Source: an uncultured Mycoplasmatota bacterium
Lineage (GTDB): Bacteria > Bacillota_I > Bacilli_A > RF39 > UBA660
Direction: 5' to 3'
NCBI GenBank assembly: GCA_900551525.1
Contig: URWD01000002.1
Coordinates: 1,152-65,151, forward strand
DNA length: 64,000 nucleotides
Made by a program: the position numbers and the translations under genes. This document shows, one piece after another, positions 63,781 to 64,000 of this stretch (the first letter of the stretch is position 1; every line of letters begins with the position of its first letter). The notes beneath the pieces are model-generated. The model made no database searches and was not told the DNA's origin. It saw only the letters and a program-made list of their open reading frames with translations.

Positions 63781-64000
63781 ATGAAAAAAATTTTATTAAT
63801 TATTATGAGTTTTTTATTTTTAACTCTAGGAGTTAAAGCTGAAGAAGATTTTGCTCCGAATGCCAAAAGTGCTATCTTAGTGGATAATCTATCTGGTAAA
63901 GTGCTTTACGAAAAAAATGCTGATGAAAAGTTAGCTCCAGCATCGATGACAAAACTTGGAAGCATGCTTTTAATTATGGAAGCAATAGATAATGGAAGCT
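63781..64000 (+). CDS. D-alanyl-D-alanine carboxypeptidase (S11), 5' part truncated by the window edge
   Basis: AAGGTG 63770-63775 precedes ATG 63781. It has the signal peptide MKKILLIIMSFLFLTLGVKA, then SAILVDNLSGKVLYEKNADEKLAPASMTKL (SxxK). It is absent from the ORF track because it is open-ended. Confidence 0.7.
   Translation, partial: MKKILLIIMSFLFLTLGVKAEEDFAPNAKSAILVDNLSGKVLYEKNADEKLAPASMTKLGSMLLIMEAIDNGS

Noticed and set aside
1-64000. Scan for CRISPR arrays, rRNA genes, IS elements, integrases, prophage blocks, T-box or riboswitch leaders upstream of gltX and cysS
   Set aside because: I saw no regularly spaced direct repeats, no transposase or integrase-like ORFs, and no long structured leaders. 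gltX and cysS start 15 and 11 nt after the preceding genes. This was a visual scan only, so small ncRNAs cannot be excluded.

Overview
This is a very AT-rich chromosomal segment (about 25-30% G+C by eye, not computed) from a monoderm, endospore-forming Firmicute. spoIVA is present, and TAA, TAG and TGA all act as stops, so the code is standard. I cannot fix the lineage more finely from sequence alone. I support about 70 protein genes, nearly all on the + strand, plus one tRNA-Lys(CTT). There are no rRNA genes, CRISPR arrays, IS elements or integrases.

Most of the window is housekeeping:
- uvrA, lgt, trxB, gltX, cysS, two DD-carboxypeptidases, uppS, ssb
- an RNase J paralog, ackA, nrnA, recX
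- the rimP-nusA-ylxR-infB-rbfA-truB block
- a SWIM-SNF2 helicase, spoIVA, ftsY-ylxM

The stand-out is a 12.5-kb, 16-gene operon (7682-20196) bracketed by one promoter and one strong terminator.
- It encodes a Tad/Flp-like (type IVc) filament machine: two CpaB-like proteins, a CpaF/TadA ATPase, TadB/TadC-like platform proteins, two small pilin candidates, two TadE-like proteins and a TadZ/CpaE-like protein with a degenerate Walker A.
- It also encodes parts I cannot assign: a 1148-aa secreted protein with about 37 cysteines, a C-terminally anchored secreted protein, and two small 2-TM proteins with a C-x2-C-x(5,6)-C tail.
- I see no prepilin peptidase anywhere in the window, and the pilin leaders (MKEATGELNMT) lack the canonical Flp G/xxxxEY site.

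The same 2-TM/CxxC module recurs at 43.5-46.05 kb. There it is fused to two different large extracellular domains, and its DNA is a 439-nt direct repeat differing at only 2 bases. This links the two loci.

Smaller observations:
- an 18-nt perfect inverted repeat that would sequester the spoIVA RBS and start codon only in read-through transcripts
- a solo HerA/DUF87 ATPase next to the tRNA
- a compositionally foreign secreted-protein gene (57729-58583)
- a three-gene cluster with mTERF-like helical repeats
- two paralogous HExxH (ATLF-like) membrane-anchored proteins
- a mazEF pair abutting gltX
- an RNase J with a non-canonical HGHPEN motif
- a RimP reduced to its N-terminal domain

All functional calls rest on motifs read by eye. 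No database search was possible.
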